From positions 196,201 through 260,200 of the forward strand of contig JANQLY010000023.1 in the NCBI GenBank assembly GCA_028280345.1: a stretch of 64,000 bases of DNA, read 5' to 3'. Position 1 is the first letter of the stretch; every line of letters starts with the position of its first letter. Positions 1 to 10,550 of the stretch are shown here, piece after piece. The notes below the pieces were generated by a model that was not told the origin of the DNA, ran no database searches, and saw only the letters and a program-made list of their open reading frames with translations. Position numbers and translations under genes: made by a program. This DNA is from Pseudomonadales bacterium. GTDB lineage: Bacteria > Pseudomonadota > Gammaproteobacteria > Pseudomonadales > UBA7239.

Positions 1-125
1 GTGTCTACCAATTCCACCACTTCCGCACACCGAAGGCGCGCTATTATGCCACTGTGTCGGTGTGTGATAAAGAGACAAAAGTAGTAGAAAATCCAGACAC
101 CACGGCCAGAGCCTGCTTGCAACTG

Positions 126-1238
126 TTATTGAATTTTTTCTGCCTGGTATTTATCCGCAGGCTTGTGCTCACTGTAGTGCAACTGACCTTGCTCATCACG
201 CCAGCGATAAATGGTTTTTTTCTCCACGGGTTTGGAGCTGGCACTGTTACGATGACTACCCGGTGCTGCATCATTGTGCTGTTCCCGATAAGCCTCCATA
301 TCAAGGTCAGCCACAATTTCGCCGAGCTCCTTGAGCTTCGGGTTGGTCAGCAAAGCCATCGGATCGGGATCCTCGAGGATTTTTTTCACTTCGGGATCTT
401 CTGTCATTTTCTGAAAGCGCGCATCGTTTTGTAAGGCATCTGCCGTCTGCCAGATATTACTCAAAAACATAGCAACCGCCGCTTCTTCACTGACACCATC
501 TTGCTGATATTCACGACTCATCGTGACAAGAAAATCCCGCGCGCCAGGCTGTTGCAACAGTTGCTCAAATGACTCTGTGCTTTCGAGCTTTTTGATTTTC
601 CCTGCACTCATTAAATCGCGCGTATGCTCATCGGTAAACAGATTGCGAAAATCTTCACTGCCAACAATACGACTTAAATCATCCCCAACCTTGACCGGGT
701 TCTTGATAAGTTTTGCCGCCATATCCGGCAACGGTGAGTTTTCCTCAACCTGGGTATCCAGTGCCACCTTGACCATACCACCCACCATATTACTCGCTGT
801 CTGTTGCAGTAAGTCTTCTTTCGTATCGGCAACCTCAGTACCATCTTGTAACAACAGGGCATCCTTGACTGTTCCGACAAGCCAGACCAGCAACAAACCG
901 ATAAACACACCAATAAAAGTTCCACTTAGTGCTCCAGCAGAGCGAATCGGCTCGCGGCCTTTACCAAGCACAAGGCGCATCGACAAAGCGATCACAATAT
1001 TGACCAACAGCGCCACACCAAAAAACACCAACACAGAGCTGGCAATAAAGCTGGCTGCGCCCTGCAAGCGTGTATTGGCCTCCACGACTTCAGCAAACGG
1101 AACAGTAAACACAAATGCTGCTCCATAACCGCAAGCAAGCGAGACAATACGTTGCAATACACTGCCCACACCCGCCTGATAACCACGCCAGGCAAAGAAC
1201 AGTACACAGCCCAATAAAACAATCCAGCTCACAGACAT
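126..1238 (-). CDS. CvpA-family membrane protein with an additional C-terminal domain (DUF4124-like end, YRWRDEQGQLHY)
   Basis: 370-aa ORF. N-terminal ~170 aa has multiple TM helices and resembles colicin V production protein CvpA. Long soluble C-terminal extension. Confidence 0.55.
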   Translation of the reverse strand: MSVSWIVLLGCVLFFAWRGYQAGVGSVLQRIVSLACGYGAAFVFTVPFAEVVEANTRLQGAASFIASSVLVFFGVALLVNIVIALSMRLVLGKGREPIRSAGALSGTFIGVFIGLLLVWLVGTVKDALLLQDGTEVADTKEDLLQQTASNMVGGMVKVALDTQVEENSPLPDMAAKLIKNPVKVGDDLSRIVGSEDFRNLFTDEHTRDLMSAGKIKKLESTESFEQLLQQPGARDFLVTMSREYQQDGVSEEAAVAMFLSNIWQTADALQNDARFQKMTEDPEVKKILEDPDPMALLTNPKLKELGEIVADLDMEAYREQHNDAAPGSHRNSASSKPVEKKTIYRWRDEQGQLHYSEHKPADKYQAEKIQ

Positions 1239-1301
1239 TTGTTTTTCCTTACTATAAGGTTAAGAGCCGCAAGGCCAGGATCACAAACTTGAAACGATAA
1301 A

Positions 1302-2675
1302 TCAGGATACGGCATCAGGACTTGCCAATAATAAAATCACTTCACGCTTACCCGCAGTGAGCTTCAAATCCTGCCCACAAGGCAAAAGCAGCGCCTGCCC
1401 TGCCTCCAACGTTTGCTGCCTGAGTGTAATCTCTCCATCCACAACCAACAACAACTTGTACGCTGCCTGCCCCAAACGCCAGCTGGCGCCTGGCTGCAAT
1501 ATGATGCGCTGTACGGCAAAATCATCGAAGCTGACAACCTCCTCACGGCAAATATTGACCGCTTTTTCCAGTACCGGCAGCGACTGCTGTGGTGCTGCAT
1601 TGAGGCTAACTCTATCTATCGCTTCACGGGTATCCCAGTGATCTTGCGTTAATACTTTTTGTGCAAACGACAGTATCTTGCGCTCGTACACCGGCGTTTG
1701 AAACTCCACTGTGCGCACACCATGTTGTAGCGAGTGAGGGAACTGTGTCGGCACTTTTACCACATCACCAACCGCAAGCTCCTTGACATAAATAAATGCT
1801 TCCATCTCCCGGCGTTTGGCTTCCTCCTGTTCACCCAGGTCTCCAGGCAATGCCTGTTGCCACTCTCTCAGCGTCTCTGCCAGCACTGGCGCATCGGGGG
1901 CAATTTGTGCAGCACGGCGTTTCTCGTCAAACAACACATCGATTTCCCGACGCACTGCTTCATAGCTGGCTACCGCATCAAGGTAGGCTTGTTTAAATGC
2001 ATCGTCCGAAGCGTAGCTCGTGCGTTTATCCTGGTTAAAACCAAAGCGGATACCGCCCCTGCCATCAGGCCAGGCGTTTTTATCGATATGGGTTACCACA
2101 TAAACTTCCTGCTTCTCCTCGTGCATTTCAAAATACAGATCGCCGTACACTTCATCAGGCAAGGGATCGAGTATCTTTAGCAATACCGGCGCTACATCCT
2201 GCAAAGCCTCTCCCATAATCTGCTCTGCCGCTGCCGCAAGCACCCAGGAAAGTGGTGAGACTCCCTGTTCACTTACCACCTCTGACACACCACGCGCCTC
2301 AATGCCGGTATACCAGATCTCCTGCCCCCAGGGTTTGGGGATATGCACCGGGCGCAGCAGCAATCCCTGTCCAAGCTCCACCCAGGCCACACCAAGCTCT
2401 GCTGCAATATCAGGACCTGGCAGACCGCGCTCAAATGCCGCAATCAGTATCTCAGGCTGATCACTGACCAACAGGGATATTTGTGTATGCGGGGATTTGC
2501 TGATTTCATAGAGCGCCATAAGCTCCAGCACAGGCTCACCGGGAAGATAAAACTGCTTATGATCAAATCGCGCTATAAACTGTATTTTCTCAAGACCCTC
2601 AACTTCAAAGCACGCCATTTGCTGACGAATAAAGAAACCGGGGGTGGAAACTTTGACAATTTCCTCTACACGCAT
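1302..2675 (-). CDS. cupin-fold protein, possibly type I phosphomannose isomerase-like
   Basis: 457-aa ORF. N-terminal PKPWGQEIWY motif resembles the PMI/cupin W-G-x-E motif. C-terminal cupin-like segment. Assignment is tentative. Confidence 0.35.
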   Translation of the reverse strand: MRVEEIVKVSTPGFFIRQQMACFEVEGLEKIQFIARFDHKQFYLPGEPVLELMALYEISKSPHTQISLLVSDQPEILIAAFERGLPGPDIAAELGVAWVELGQGLLLRPVHIPKPWGQEIWYTGIEARGVSEVVSEQGVSPLSWVLAAAAEQIMGEALQDVAPVLLKILDPLPDEVYGDLYFEMHEEKQEVYVVTHIDKNAWPDGRGGIRFGFNQDKRTSYASDDAFKQAYLDAVASYEAVRREIDVLFDEKRRAAQIAPDAPVLAETLREWQQALPGDLGEQEEAKRREMEAFIYVKELAVGDVVKVPTQFPHSLQHGVRTVEFQTPVYERKILSFAQKVLTQDHWDTREAIDRVSLNAAPQQSLPVLEKAVNICREEVVSFDDFAVQRIILQPGASWRLGQAAYKLLLVVDGEITLRQQTLEAGQALLLPCGQDLKLTAGKREVILLLASPDAVS

Positions 2676-2974
2676 GACTGACTCACTGGCAATTGATCAT
2701 GGTATTTTATAACAAAACCTCACCATAAGGCTTCATAATGAAAGCTTGATCTCACACCACTTGACCACGGATATGAAAAAGAAAACGGCAATATGCACTG
2801 GTTGCGCAGGCATGACTTTATTAATAGACATGACCGATATTGATAGCCTTGAGCGAAACAAGGAATATAACCACTATCAATTTATAAGCAGTCCTGAGCA
2901 GCAATACCTCCCACGCTCGCTGCAATAATTGTTTACTGCTAGAATCCTGTTAACCGGTTTGAGCGATATCTGAT

Positions 2975-4432
2975 ATGAAAGCTATTTTCCCATGCTTGCT
3001 ACTAACATTCTTTTTGTGCAGTTGCAGCGGCATTCCTGTCGAGGATCGAGACGCCGTGCGCGAGAAAATCAATCAGGATGCAGCACTGGCACTTAAAGAA
3101 CTGCTTGATACCCAGCCCCTTGTACAGGAAAACCTCGACAAATCTATCGGTTATTTCGTCGGTGAAATCTCTTCCGTTCAAGCCGCAATTATTGGTGGCG
3201 GCACCGGCATTGGGGTGCTGCATGATACAGAAAAACAAACACGCACTTATGTCAACGCCGACCGCTTCGACCTCGGACCGGGACTTTCTGCTACTGTTAA
3301 TACCGTCGTGATTCTTTTTTACGACCGCGAAGCCATGGAAGAGTTTGGCAAAGGTAAAACCTACACAGGCATAGCAGCGGCATCTTCTGCCGGCACTAGC
3401 GGAGGCTCAGCCGTTTCCATGATCGGCCACAAGGCAGATACCTATTATCTTTCACAAAGTGGCGTTGCCGTTACAGCCACTGCCCGGCTCGTCACCACAT
3501 CGGTCAATACCGATCTGACAGACGTAGGCCTGTCAGAAATCAGTATTCCCGCCACACGCAGTGCCTCCACAACCGGTGAACAAGGCGATGATGCACCACG
3601 ACAATGGAATCGCGCACTGCCCTTTCTCGCCCAGGAAGTGATCGACCGCGGTTATGATCTGCCACTTCCCTATGGCCTAAGCCTCATCTATAGCAAGGTA
3701 GATCAGGAGCAATATATTACCGATCTGAATGTCGGCATTAACGGCCGTCCGATAGAGCCTTTTGAGTTTGTCACGTTTGATGAAGCCTACTCCAAAAGTG
3801 ACAGCGTACAACTCAAGTTTGACGCCTGGTTATTTCCGTTTATGAATATCTTTGGCATGTTTGGCAAAGTTGAAGGTGAAGCACCACTGGAAATATCACT
3901 TGACGGCAATGGCATGCTCGACCATCTCGGTCGGGACTGCACAAAACCCGGTCCGAAACCGCTATGCAATCTGCTACAGGATAAAACATTCAATTTACCA
4001 ACCATTACGCCGGATTTCTCCGGTGAAACTTACGGTGTCGGTACAATACTTGCTGCCGGATGGGATGACTGGTTTGTTACATTACCATTAACCCTTACCT
4101 ATGCGGATATGGAAGGCAAATACACTGAGGGAATCTCAACAACAGTGACTCCTCGTGTCGGCCACCTGTTCTCACTCGATAATGCAGGTAACCTTGCACT
4201 CTATGCTGGCGGTAATTATCTAAAAACCGAACTGGATATCGAAGGTGTCGCACAAGATCCAATGGGCCTGTTTACGTTTGAATACACCGTTGAACAGAGT
4301 AATTCTGATCGCTGGAATGCACTGGTCGGCGGTAATTGGAATATTGACAAACGCTGGTCCGTACAGGCGGAATATAATGGCTTTATTGGCTCACGCGATG
4401 CGTTTATCGCTTCATTAAATTTTCGTTACTAA
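2975..4432 (+). CDS. lipoprotein with SYLF (Ysc84/DUF500) lipid-binding domain
   Basis: 485-aa ORF. Signal peptide with lipobox (LCSCSG). SYLF-like segment GYFVGEISSVQAAIIGGGTGIGVL...YYLSQSGVAV. Confidence 0.55.
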   Translation: MKAIFPCLLLTFFLCSCSGIPVEDRDAVREKINQDAALALKELLDTQPLVQENLDKSIGYFVGEISSVQAAIIGGGTGIGVLHDTEKQTRTYVNADRFDLGPGLSATVNTVVILFYDREAMEEFGKGKTYTGIAAASSAGTSGGSAVSMIGHKADTYYLSQSGVAVTATARLVTTSVNTDLTDVGLSEISIPATRSASTTGEQGDDAPRQWNRALPFLAQEVIDRGYDLPLPYGLSLIYSKVDQEQYITDLNVGINGRPIEPFEFVTFDEAYSKSDSVQLKFDAWLFPFMNIFGMFGKVEGEAPLEISLDGNGMLDHLGRDCTKPGPKPLCNLLQDKTFNLPTITPDFSGETYGVGTILAAGWDDWFVTLPLTLTYADMEGKYTEGISTTVTPRVGHLFSLDNAGNLALYAGGNYLKTELDIEGVAQDPMGLFTFEYTVEQSNSDRWNALVGGNWNIDKRWSVQAEYNGFIGSRDAFIASLNFRY

Positions 4433-4472
4433 TTTCTTGATTTTCACAGTAGACAATATAATAGAGAGCAAT

Positions 4473-4502
4473 AAAAAACCGCAGCCTTTGCTGCGGTTTT
4501 TT
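4473..4502. terminator. bidirectional rho-independent terminator between convergent genes
   Basis: aaaaaaccgcagcctttgctgcggtttttt: GC stem flanked by an A-run and a T-run. Confidence 0.6.
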
Positions 4503-4524
4503 ATTGCCTGTTTAGCGCAAGCTC

Positions 4525-5268
4525 TTACCAATTAAATGTTAAACCAACAAAAGCTCCACCCGCTTTTTCATCAAATTCAAACTGATTGTTTTCATATTCA
4601 AGGCCTGCATAGCGGTAACCAAATTTCAAATCGAGCAAATCAGTCATCGTATAATTAAAACCCAAGGTAAGAATATAACTCAATTCATCGCTATAATCGG
4701 TCGCTATATCGCCTTTGACTGCTACATCCCAATTTTCCGCCAAGGGAAAGCTCTTCTGTACCCCCAGCAACAGATTCGTCCAGCTCTCATTCAGATTAAT
4801 GTTCCGATTAAACCCGGGAATAGCAGAACTTGTTGTAATACCCATTTCCAGATCAATATAGCGAGCACCAAAAATAACCAGACCTGTACCATCATCACCA
4901 ATGCGGTAAGTCCCGGCAAAATCATAGATACCCTGCTTGCTGTTTACCTTTGCAGAAGCAACTCCGGCAATTGGGGCCGATTTTGTATCTGACAAGTCAA
5001 AGTAAATAATTTCATTGAGAAAACCCCAGCGTCCATTGTTAATATCCAGGTGGTGCATATAAGTCATATCGAGCTTATCAAGAATATCATCAAAATCCAG
5101 GCTACCACTTCCACCGGCTGGCCCGAGCTTCACATCAGCATCCAGCGATGCCGCCCAGATATAGGGTGTCCAACTCACGTTCCATGAATCACCACTCTCG
5201 GCCTCTTCCGCATAAGTTAGTTGCGTACACACCATCAACAAGAGAAAAACACCAAGTAATTTCTGCAT
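4525..5268 (-). CDS. outer-membrane beta-barrel protein (hypothetical)
   Basis: 247-aa ORF. Signal peptide (MQKLLGVFLLLMVCTQLTYA). Alternating amphipathic strands. C-terminal aromatic residue (...LTFNW). Confidence 0.5.
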   Translation of the reverse strand: MQKLLGVFLLLMVCTQLTYAEEAESGDSWNVSWTPYIWAASLDADVKLGPAGGSGSLDFDDILDKLDMTYMHHLDINNGRWGFLNEIIYFDLSDTKSAPIAGVASAKVNSKQGIYDFAGTYRIGDDGTGLVIFGARYIDLEMGITTSSAIPGFNRNINLNESWTNLLLGVQKSFPLAENWDVAVKGDIATDYSDELSYILTLGFNYTMTDLLDLKFGYRYAGLEYENNQFEFDEKAGGAFVGLTFNW

Positions 5269-5549
5269 TTCATTACCTCCACGATTAAGACTACTAATGG
5301 AAAGCAGTCTAGCACCATTTGTTTGGATGTACTAACCTGCCCGGGCAGGTATTTCCGTTATTCTGCGTATGGATTTTGTTCAGCTCACATAATCTTTAAC
5401 TATTTTTCCTGCCTGTTCCCCACCCAGGAATGTTAACCACGTCACACTTACAGAGCAGACAACATCCTCATCCCCTACGGAAAGTACTGACAAGCAGCCG
5501 GAAGCTGCATTAGAATCATGCGGCGAACAGGATTTAACATTTTTGAAGG

Positions 5550-8015
5550 ATGAACGAGAGCCATAACTACATCACCAGGCTAAGTACCTGCTTCTCCAAA
5601 ATGGCACTGTGGTCTTATGATCACAAGTGGCAAGTATTTGGAGCCTGTCTATCATTACTTGTCCTCTGTGCCTGGCTTGCCAGCTCCCTGCGCGTCGATA
5701 ACAGCTTTGAAGCCTATTTTGATCACGACGATGAGGTATACAGCGCCTATCTGAAATTTCGCGATGACTTTGGTTCGGATGAAGTCTCTTTTATTCTCTA
5801 TGAAGTACCTGACAGGGAATATGGGCCGTTTGATCTCAGGGCCATGATGCAAATCGCCCATCTCACCAACGCCTTGCAGGAAGAAGTACCTTTTGTGTAT
5901 CAGGTCAGCAGCCTCGCCAATGCTGAAATTGTAGAGGGCGACGAAGGCGGTCTGGAGATTATTTCCTGGCAACGGGATTTTCCGGAAGATCAATACGCCC
6001 TGCTCGCATTCCGCGATGAACTGATGAGCAAAACTATTTACCTTGATGGCTTTGTCAGTCGCGACCGCCGCCATGGCGCAATTATTATTGACATGGATCG
6101 TTCCAGTGTTGATCCAATTGAAGATATTCGCCTCAACCCAAACGGTGGCGATGAACTCGACAATCTCTATCCCCAGGTATCTTTTGACAAGATTGAAGAA
6201 ATTCTCAAGCGTTCTGAATACGAGGGCATTCGTTTCTGGCACTCCGGTGATGTGGCACTCAATTCGGAAATGAACCGCGCTCTGAAACACGATAGCCAAA
6301 AGCTTGGCGCCATGAGTTTTATTCTTATCGCCCTGTTATTACTGATCCTGTTTCAGTTCCGCATCCTCGGCGTGCTCGGCCCATTGCTTATTGTGACATG
6401 TAGCGTAATGTGTACCGTCGCGTTTATGGCAGTGATGGACTGGCACTGGGACATGATGGCGATGATGATACCAACCATGATTTTTGCCATCGGTGTCGCG
6501 GCCTCAGTACATGTTCTTTCCGAATTCTGGTTCTATTATGAAAAGTCAGGAAATCGGCGCGAGGCAATACGCGAGACGCTCTACCTGGTAGGCCCACCCT
6601 GTCTACTCACGAGCCTGACTACGGCTGCAGGATTTATGGTCATGAGTATTTCACCGATCAAGGCCATTTCCCATATGGGCTGGGCCGTACCCATCGGTGT
6701 CATTGCCAGTTTTATACTTTCAGTAACGTTACTGATGTTCTTTCTGTCTTTCGGCAAAGACAACCAACGCAAAAGCCGCCATCCTTTCTTTCGACACGGC
6801 AGTGAGATGGCCTCCAGTGGCTTGCTTGCTATTGCTGATTTTAATATTCGACACCGCGTCGCGGTTTTATCTGTTTCAGCAGGTATTTTTCTGTTGGCTT
6901 TACTCGGCATTACACGCCTCGAAGTAGATTCCAACTATATCGAAGATTTCTCCGATCATATGCAAATTAAAACCACAACAAAATATATCGACGAAGTCAT
7001 GGGCGGTACTGCCGGCATCGTCTATTTGTTTGATACCGGAGTTAAAGGCGGCATCAAGGATCCCGCCCTTCTCAAGGAAATTGAACGAGTTCAACTTGAA
7101 GCGGCGAAACATGACTATCTCGCCAAAAAAACCTGGTCCATCGTTGACTTGCTCAAGGATATTAACAAAACCTTTCACGGTGGCGACGAGAAATACTACA
7201 GGATTCCCGAATCCAGGGAGCTAATCGCCCAATTACTACTGGTGTACGAGCTGTCTGGAGGCGAAGAGCTTGGCGAGTATGTTTCTACAGATTATTCCCG
7301 GGCAAATTTGCAAATACGCTGCCGCAACACTAAAACCAGTGAATTTGCGCGCTTCAACGACAGCATGAATGAATACCTTGACAACAATCCGATTTCCCAT
7401 GCTGACATGACCATGACCGGCATTGGTCGCCTTTGGCTGCAATTAATTGAACACATTACGACCAGTCAGATCAAGGGACTGATGCTCGCGTTTGTGGTGA
7501 TCTCTGCCCTGATGTGTTTTATTTTTCGCTCGGTCAAGGTGGGCATGCTGACAATGATTCCAAATATGACCCCCGTGTTTCTCACCTTCGGCATTATGGG
7601 CTGGAGCGGTATAGACCTCGATTACACACGCCTGATGATTGCCACCATTGCCATCGGTATTGCGGTTGATGACACCATTCATATGGTGACGCGCTTCCAG
7701 CACGAGTATCAGCGCTTTGGCAATTATCAAACCGCCCTGCGCAGCACTTTTGAGAGTGTCGGGCGCGCACTCATGATTACTACCATCGTGCTCGTTTTAG
7801 GGTTTATGGTCTTTGTCAGCTCCGCAATGAACGGCACGATGATGTTTGGCCTGCTCATGGCAACAACCATTTTTCTCGCACTCATTGGTGATTTTTTCCT
7901 GATGCCTGCACTGATGATGACCTTCAAGCCATTTGGCCCTGAGTTCCATGTCGACACACCGCGGCGCAGCATCTCGGAACAGGTTCCCGCAGTTAGCGTC
8001 GCCAAAAGTAGCTAG
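5550..8015 (+). CDS. MMPL/RND-superfamily transporter (HpnN-like, sterol-sensing-domain type)
   Basis: 821-aa ORF. Two blocks of ~6 TM helices separated by large periplasmic loops, typical MMPL topology. Confidence 0.7.
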   Translation: MNESHNYITRLSTCFSKMALWSYDHKWQVFGACLSLLVLCAWLASSLRVDNSFEAYFDHDDEVYSAYLKFRDDFGSDEVSFILYEVPDREYGPFDLRAMMQIAHLTNALQEEVPFVYQVSSLANAEIVEGDEGGLEIISWQRDFPEDQYALLAFRDELMSKTIYLDGFVSRDRRHGAIIIDMDRSSVDPIEDIRLNPNGGDELDNLYPQVSFDKIEEILKRSEYEGIRFWHSGDVALNSEMNRALKHDSQKLGAMSFILIALLLLILFQFRILGVLGPLLIVTCSVMCTVAFMAVMDWHWDMMAMMIPTMIFAIGVAASVHVLSEFWFYYEKSGNRREAIRETLYLVGPPCLLTSLTTAAGFMVMSISPIKAISHMGWAVPIGVIASFILSVTLLMFFLSFGKDNQRKSRHPFFRHGSEMASSGLLAIADFNIRHRVAVLSVSAGIFLLALLGITRLEVDSNYIEDFSDHMQIKTTTKYIDEVMGGTAGIVYLFDTGVKGGIKDPALLKEIERVQLEAAKHDYLAKKTWSIVDLLKDINKTFHGGDEKYYRIPESRELIAQLLLVYELSGGEELGEYVSTDYSRANLQIRCRNTKTSEFARFNDSMNEYLDNNPISHADMTMTGIGRLWLQLIEHITTSQIKGLMLAFVVISALMCFIFRSVKVGMLTMIPNMTPVFLTFGIMGWSGIDLDYTRLMIATIAIGIAVDDTIHMVTRFQHEYQRFGNYQTALRSTFESVGRALMITTIVLVLGFMVFVSSAMNGTMMFGLLMATTIFLALIGDFFLMPALMMTFKPFGPEFHVDTPRRSISEQVPAVSVAKSS

Positions 8016-8464
8016 GCCATCGTCGCATTGTGACTTGCCAGCACCTCGGCAATGAAGTCTTCAACACCGCCGTCAAACTCTGCCAACTGCTTTTTGGCAA
8101 AATCAAATAACAACATTCCCATTTTGGCATGGGCAACTTCACGTCCCGAAGTTTTCTCCGTGACACGAAAAAACAAATCAAAACCACGCTTGTGATAATC
8201 CCCCGGGGCTATCTCAACACAAAGCACCTCACCATACATTGCCTCTGATTTATAAATCACCGCCAGGTCAGCGTTAATCATCGCATTGCCATCGAGCGCC
8301 GGATTATTAATTTGCTCTGGCAAAAAGCGTACCCGTGCTTCATTAAGAAATGAAATCAATGCATCATTTCCCACATGATTACCACGATTGATATGCTGGA
8401 TACGCACCTCAAGTTCGGTACTAAACGGATACTCGTTCGGCATATCAATATTCACTCTTGCCAT
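8012..8464 (-). CDS. hotdog-fold acyl-CoA thioesterase (YbgC/4HBT family)
   Basis: 150-aa ORF. Size and sequence consistent with 4HBT thioesterases. Overlaps the MMPL gene stop by 4 bp. Confidence 0.55.
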   Translation of the reverse strand: MARVNIDMPNEYPFSTELEVRIQHINRGNHVGNDALISFLNEARVRFLPEQINNPALDGNAMINADLAVIYKSEAMYGEVLCVEIAPGDYHKRGFDLFFRVTEKTSGREVAHAKMGMLLFDFAKKQLAEFDGGVEDFIAEVLASHNATMA

Positions 8465-8516
8465 AGCTCGCTACTCTCTATTTTCTTTAAAACCGCGTCT
8501 TTACAACTGGCTGCTG

Positions 8517-10550
8517 TTATACCATCCGGCCGCGCCACTGCCGCACCCGTTTTGATAAATCATCAAGGGTCTCTCGGTCTCGCCGCCCCGTCTGATAAAA
8601 AAGACGGTTAAAGTCATCCATTATGCTCTCAAGTTCCTGAGCATTTGCCACCCCACTACGGGCCGCAATATCTAATGGCGTATCGCTCGTGTGAATTTCC
8701 ACGCCAGCACGGGAAAGTTTTTTCAACAAACGCCGATATAAGCGCACCGCGGGATCAGCAGTTCTATCACGCTCTCGCCACAGTAGATAGAGATAAACCA
8801 AAACTAAAAAGCCCACTGAAAACGCAAGAAACACCATTGCAAGACGCGCTACAGAATAGGCACCGAGCAGTTTTTCCAGCATGCTTTTCTGTTTGCCCGC
8901 ATCGTAGCCAAGTACCCAGCGCGCCCAGAGATAGTTAAGCCGGTCAAACTGTAACTGCAAATTATAAAACATTGACAAATTAGCTACATCATCGAACCCA
9001 AAGCCCGTAGTAGCAAGCTCTTCGCTACCCTCAAACGCACGACTGAAGCCATCGAGAATTCTTTCCGGAGCAACCGCAAAGGTCGGATCATAGCGCACCC
9101 ACCCCTTGTCTTTTATCCATACCTCGGTCCATGCATGAGCATCGTATTGACGCACAAGCATATAATCTTGATAGGGGTTTGCTTCTCCGCCCTGATAGCC
9201 CGCCACCACACGCGCAGGAATCTCCACAGCACGCAGCATAAAAGTAAAACTACTGGCAAAGTGTTCACAAAAGCCTCGCTGACTATCAAACAGAAATTCA
9301 TCCACAGAGTCGTTACCGAGCGCTGGTGGCTGCAAGGTGTAATAAAACGACTGGTTAAAATAGTCGAGCAGCTTTTCCACATAGGCCTCATCAGAACCTG
9401 CTTCCTGGTACCAGCGCGTCGCCAACTCCCTGGAGCGTGGATTAACCGCTTCAGGTATCGCTGTTTCAAGCTCGCGACGCCACTGCGGCAAATCACGTTC
9501 AATCACCGCATCCGGGTAACTATAGACGTTGTATTTGAAACGCGTAGTAACAGGTCCTTGCTTGAGCAGGCGAAAATCACTCACCAGCCCAACCCCATCT
9601 GTTTCCGGCACTGGCACACCAAGAGCAAACAACCAGGGCTGGTGAGTTTCTTCCAGAATCACTTCATAATCGAGCACACGCTCACCCTGTTCGAAATCCA
9701 TGGTTGCCAGATCATTGCGAAAACGGTAACTGCCGCTTTCATACCAGATTACGGTTTTACCAAGTCCACGATTAATTAACTGTTCAGGTTCCGCCTGGCG
9801 CCAGGTACGGCCATCAAAATTGGAAAACACCAACCCACGCCAGTACAACTGCTGCGGTATCGGTTTTTCTCCGTTAAACGTAACACGCATCACAAGTTCA
9901 TCAGAACGAGTCAGATCAACAAAATTTCCCGGCGACATCGTATCACTCACTCCTGTTTTTGCGCCTTCCTGCTGCACCGGCACATTCCAGAATGCGGGCA
10001 ACCGTGGCAACACGAGAAACATGACCACCATCAGTGGCACTGACTGCAATAACATCGCCGTAGACATACGAAACGTACGCAGCGGAAACACATAACCTTT
10101 CTCCTGGTTAAGGCCAATCATGCAGGTCATCACCACAATCACAGTGATAAAGTTGTAGAGCGCAAGCAAAATATTCTGATCAAATAGAAAACCGGTCATC
10201 AAAATAAATAATGACAAGTAAATAACTACCAGCGCATCACGCTTGCTATACATTTCGAGTAACTTTAGTGAATAGGCGACAAACAGAAATGCCACCATCG
10301 CCTCCAGGCCAAGTACCCGGGGAAAGCTCAATAAAACAAATAATATCGCAAGCCCGAGCAGGCCAAATTTTACCGGGCGTCGCGGGTACGACCAGTGCCC
10401 ACGATACACCTGTACACGCCAGACAATACAAACCAGTAACAGGCCGGCAAGCCATATCGGCATACGGCTATAGTGCGGCAGAAAGACCATTATCTGGGCA
10501 ATAAAAAGCCAGACAAGGGTTTGCCGGGATATTTGTATCGCCGGAATCAC
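8517..10550 (-). CDS. transglutaminase-domain membrane protein TgpA family (DUF3488-TGase-DUF4129)
   Basis: 677-aa ORF. N-terminal TM helices. Transglutaminase core GFCEHFASSFTFMLRAVEIPARVVAGYQGGE. C-terminal TM segment. Confidence 0.75.
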   Translation of the reverse strand: MIPAIQISRQTLVWLFIAQIMVFLPHYSRMPIWLAGLLLVCIVWRVQVYRGHWSYPRRPVKFGLLGLAILFVLLSFPRVLGLEAMVAFLFVAYSLKLLEMYSKRDALVVIYLSLFILMTGFLFDQNILLALYNFITVIVVMTCMIGLNQEKGYVFPLRTFRMSTAMLLQSVPLMVVMFLVLPRLPAFWNVPVQQEGAKTGVSDTMSPGNFVDLTRSDELVMRVTFNGEKPIPQQLYWRGLVFSNFDGRTWRQAEPEQLINRGLGKTVIWYESGSYRFRNDLATMDFEQGERVLDYEVILEETHQPWLFALGVPVPETDGVGLVSDFRLLKQGPVTTRFKYNVYSYPDAVIERDLPQWRRELETAIPEAVNPRSRELATRWYQEAGSDEAYVEKLLDYFNQSFYYTLQPPALGNDSVDEFLFDSQRGFCEHFASSFTFMLRAVEIPARVVAGYQGGEANPYQDYMLVRQYDAHAWTEVWIKDKGWVRYDPTFAVAPERILDGFSRAFEGSEELATTGFGFDDVANLSMFYNLQLQFDRLNYLWARWVLGYDAGKQKSMLEKLLGAYSVARLAMVFLAFSVGFLVLVYLYLLWRERDRTADPAVRLYRRLLKKLSRAGVEIHTSDTPLDIAARSGVANAQELESIMDDFNRLFYQTGRRDRETLDDLSKRVRQWRGRMV

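Noticed and set aside
523-1128. 201-aa plus-strand ORF
   Set aside because: It is fully embedded antisense within the CvpA-family gene. Ser/Thr-rich low-complexity translation.
2746-2928. 60-aa small ORF in the divergent intergenic region
   Set aside because: No RBS or homology is evident. It lies in a promoter region between divergent genes and is likely non-coding.
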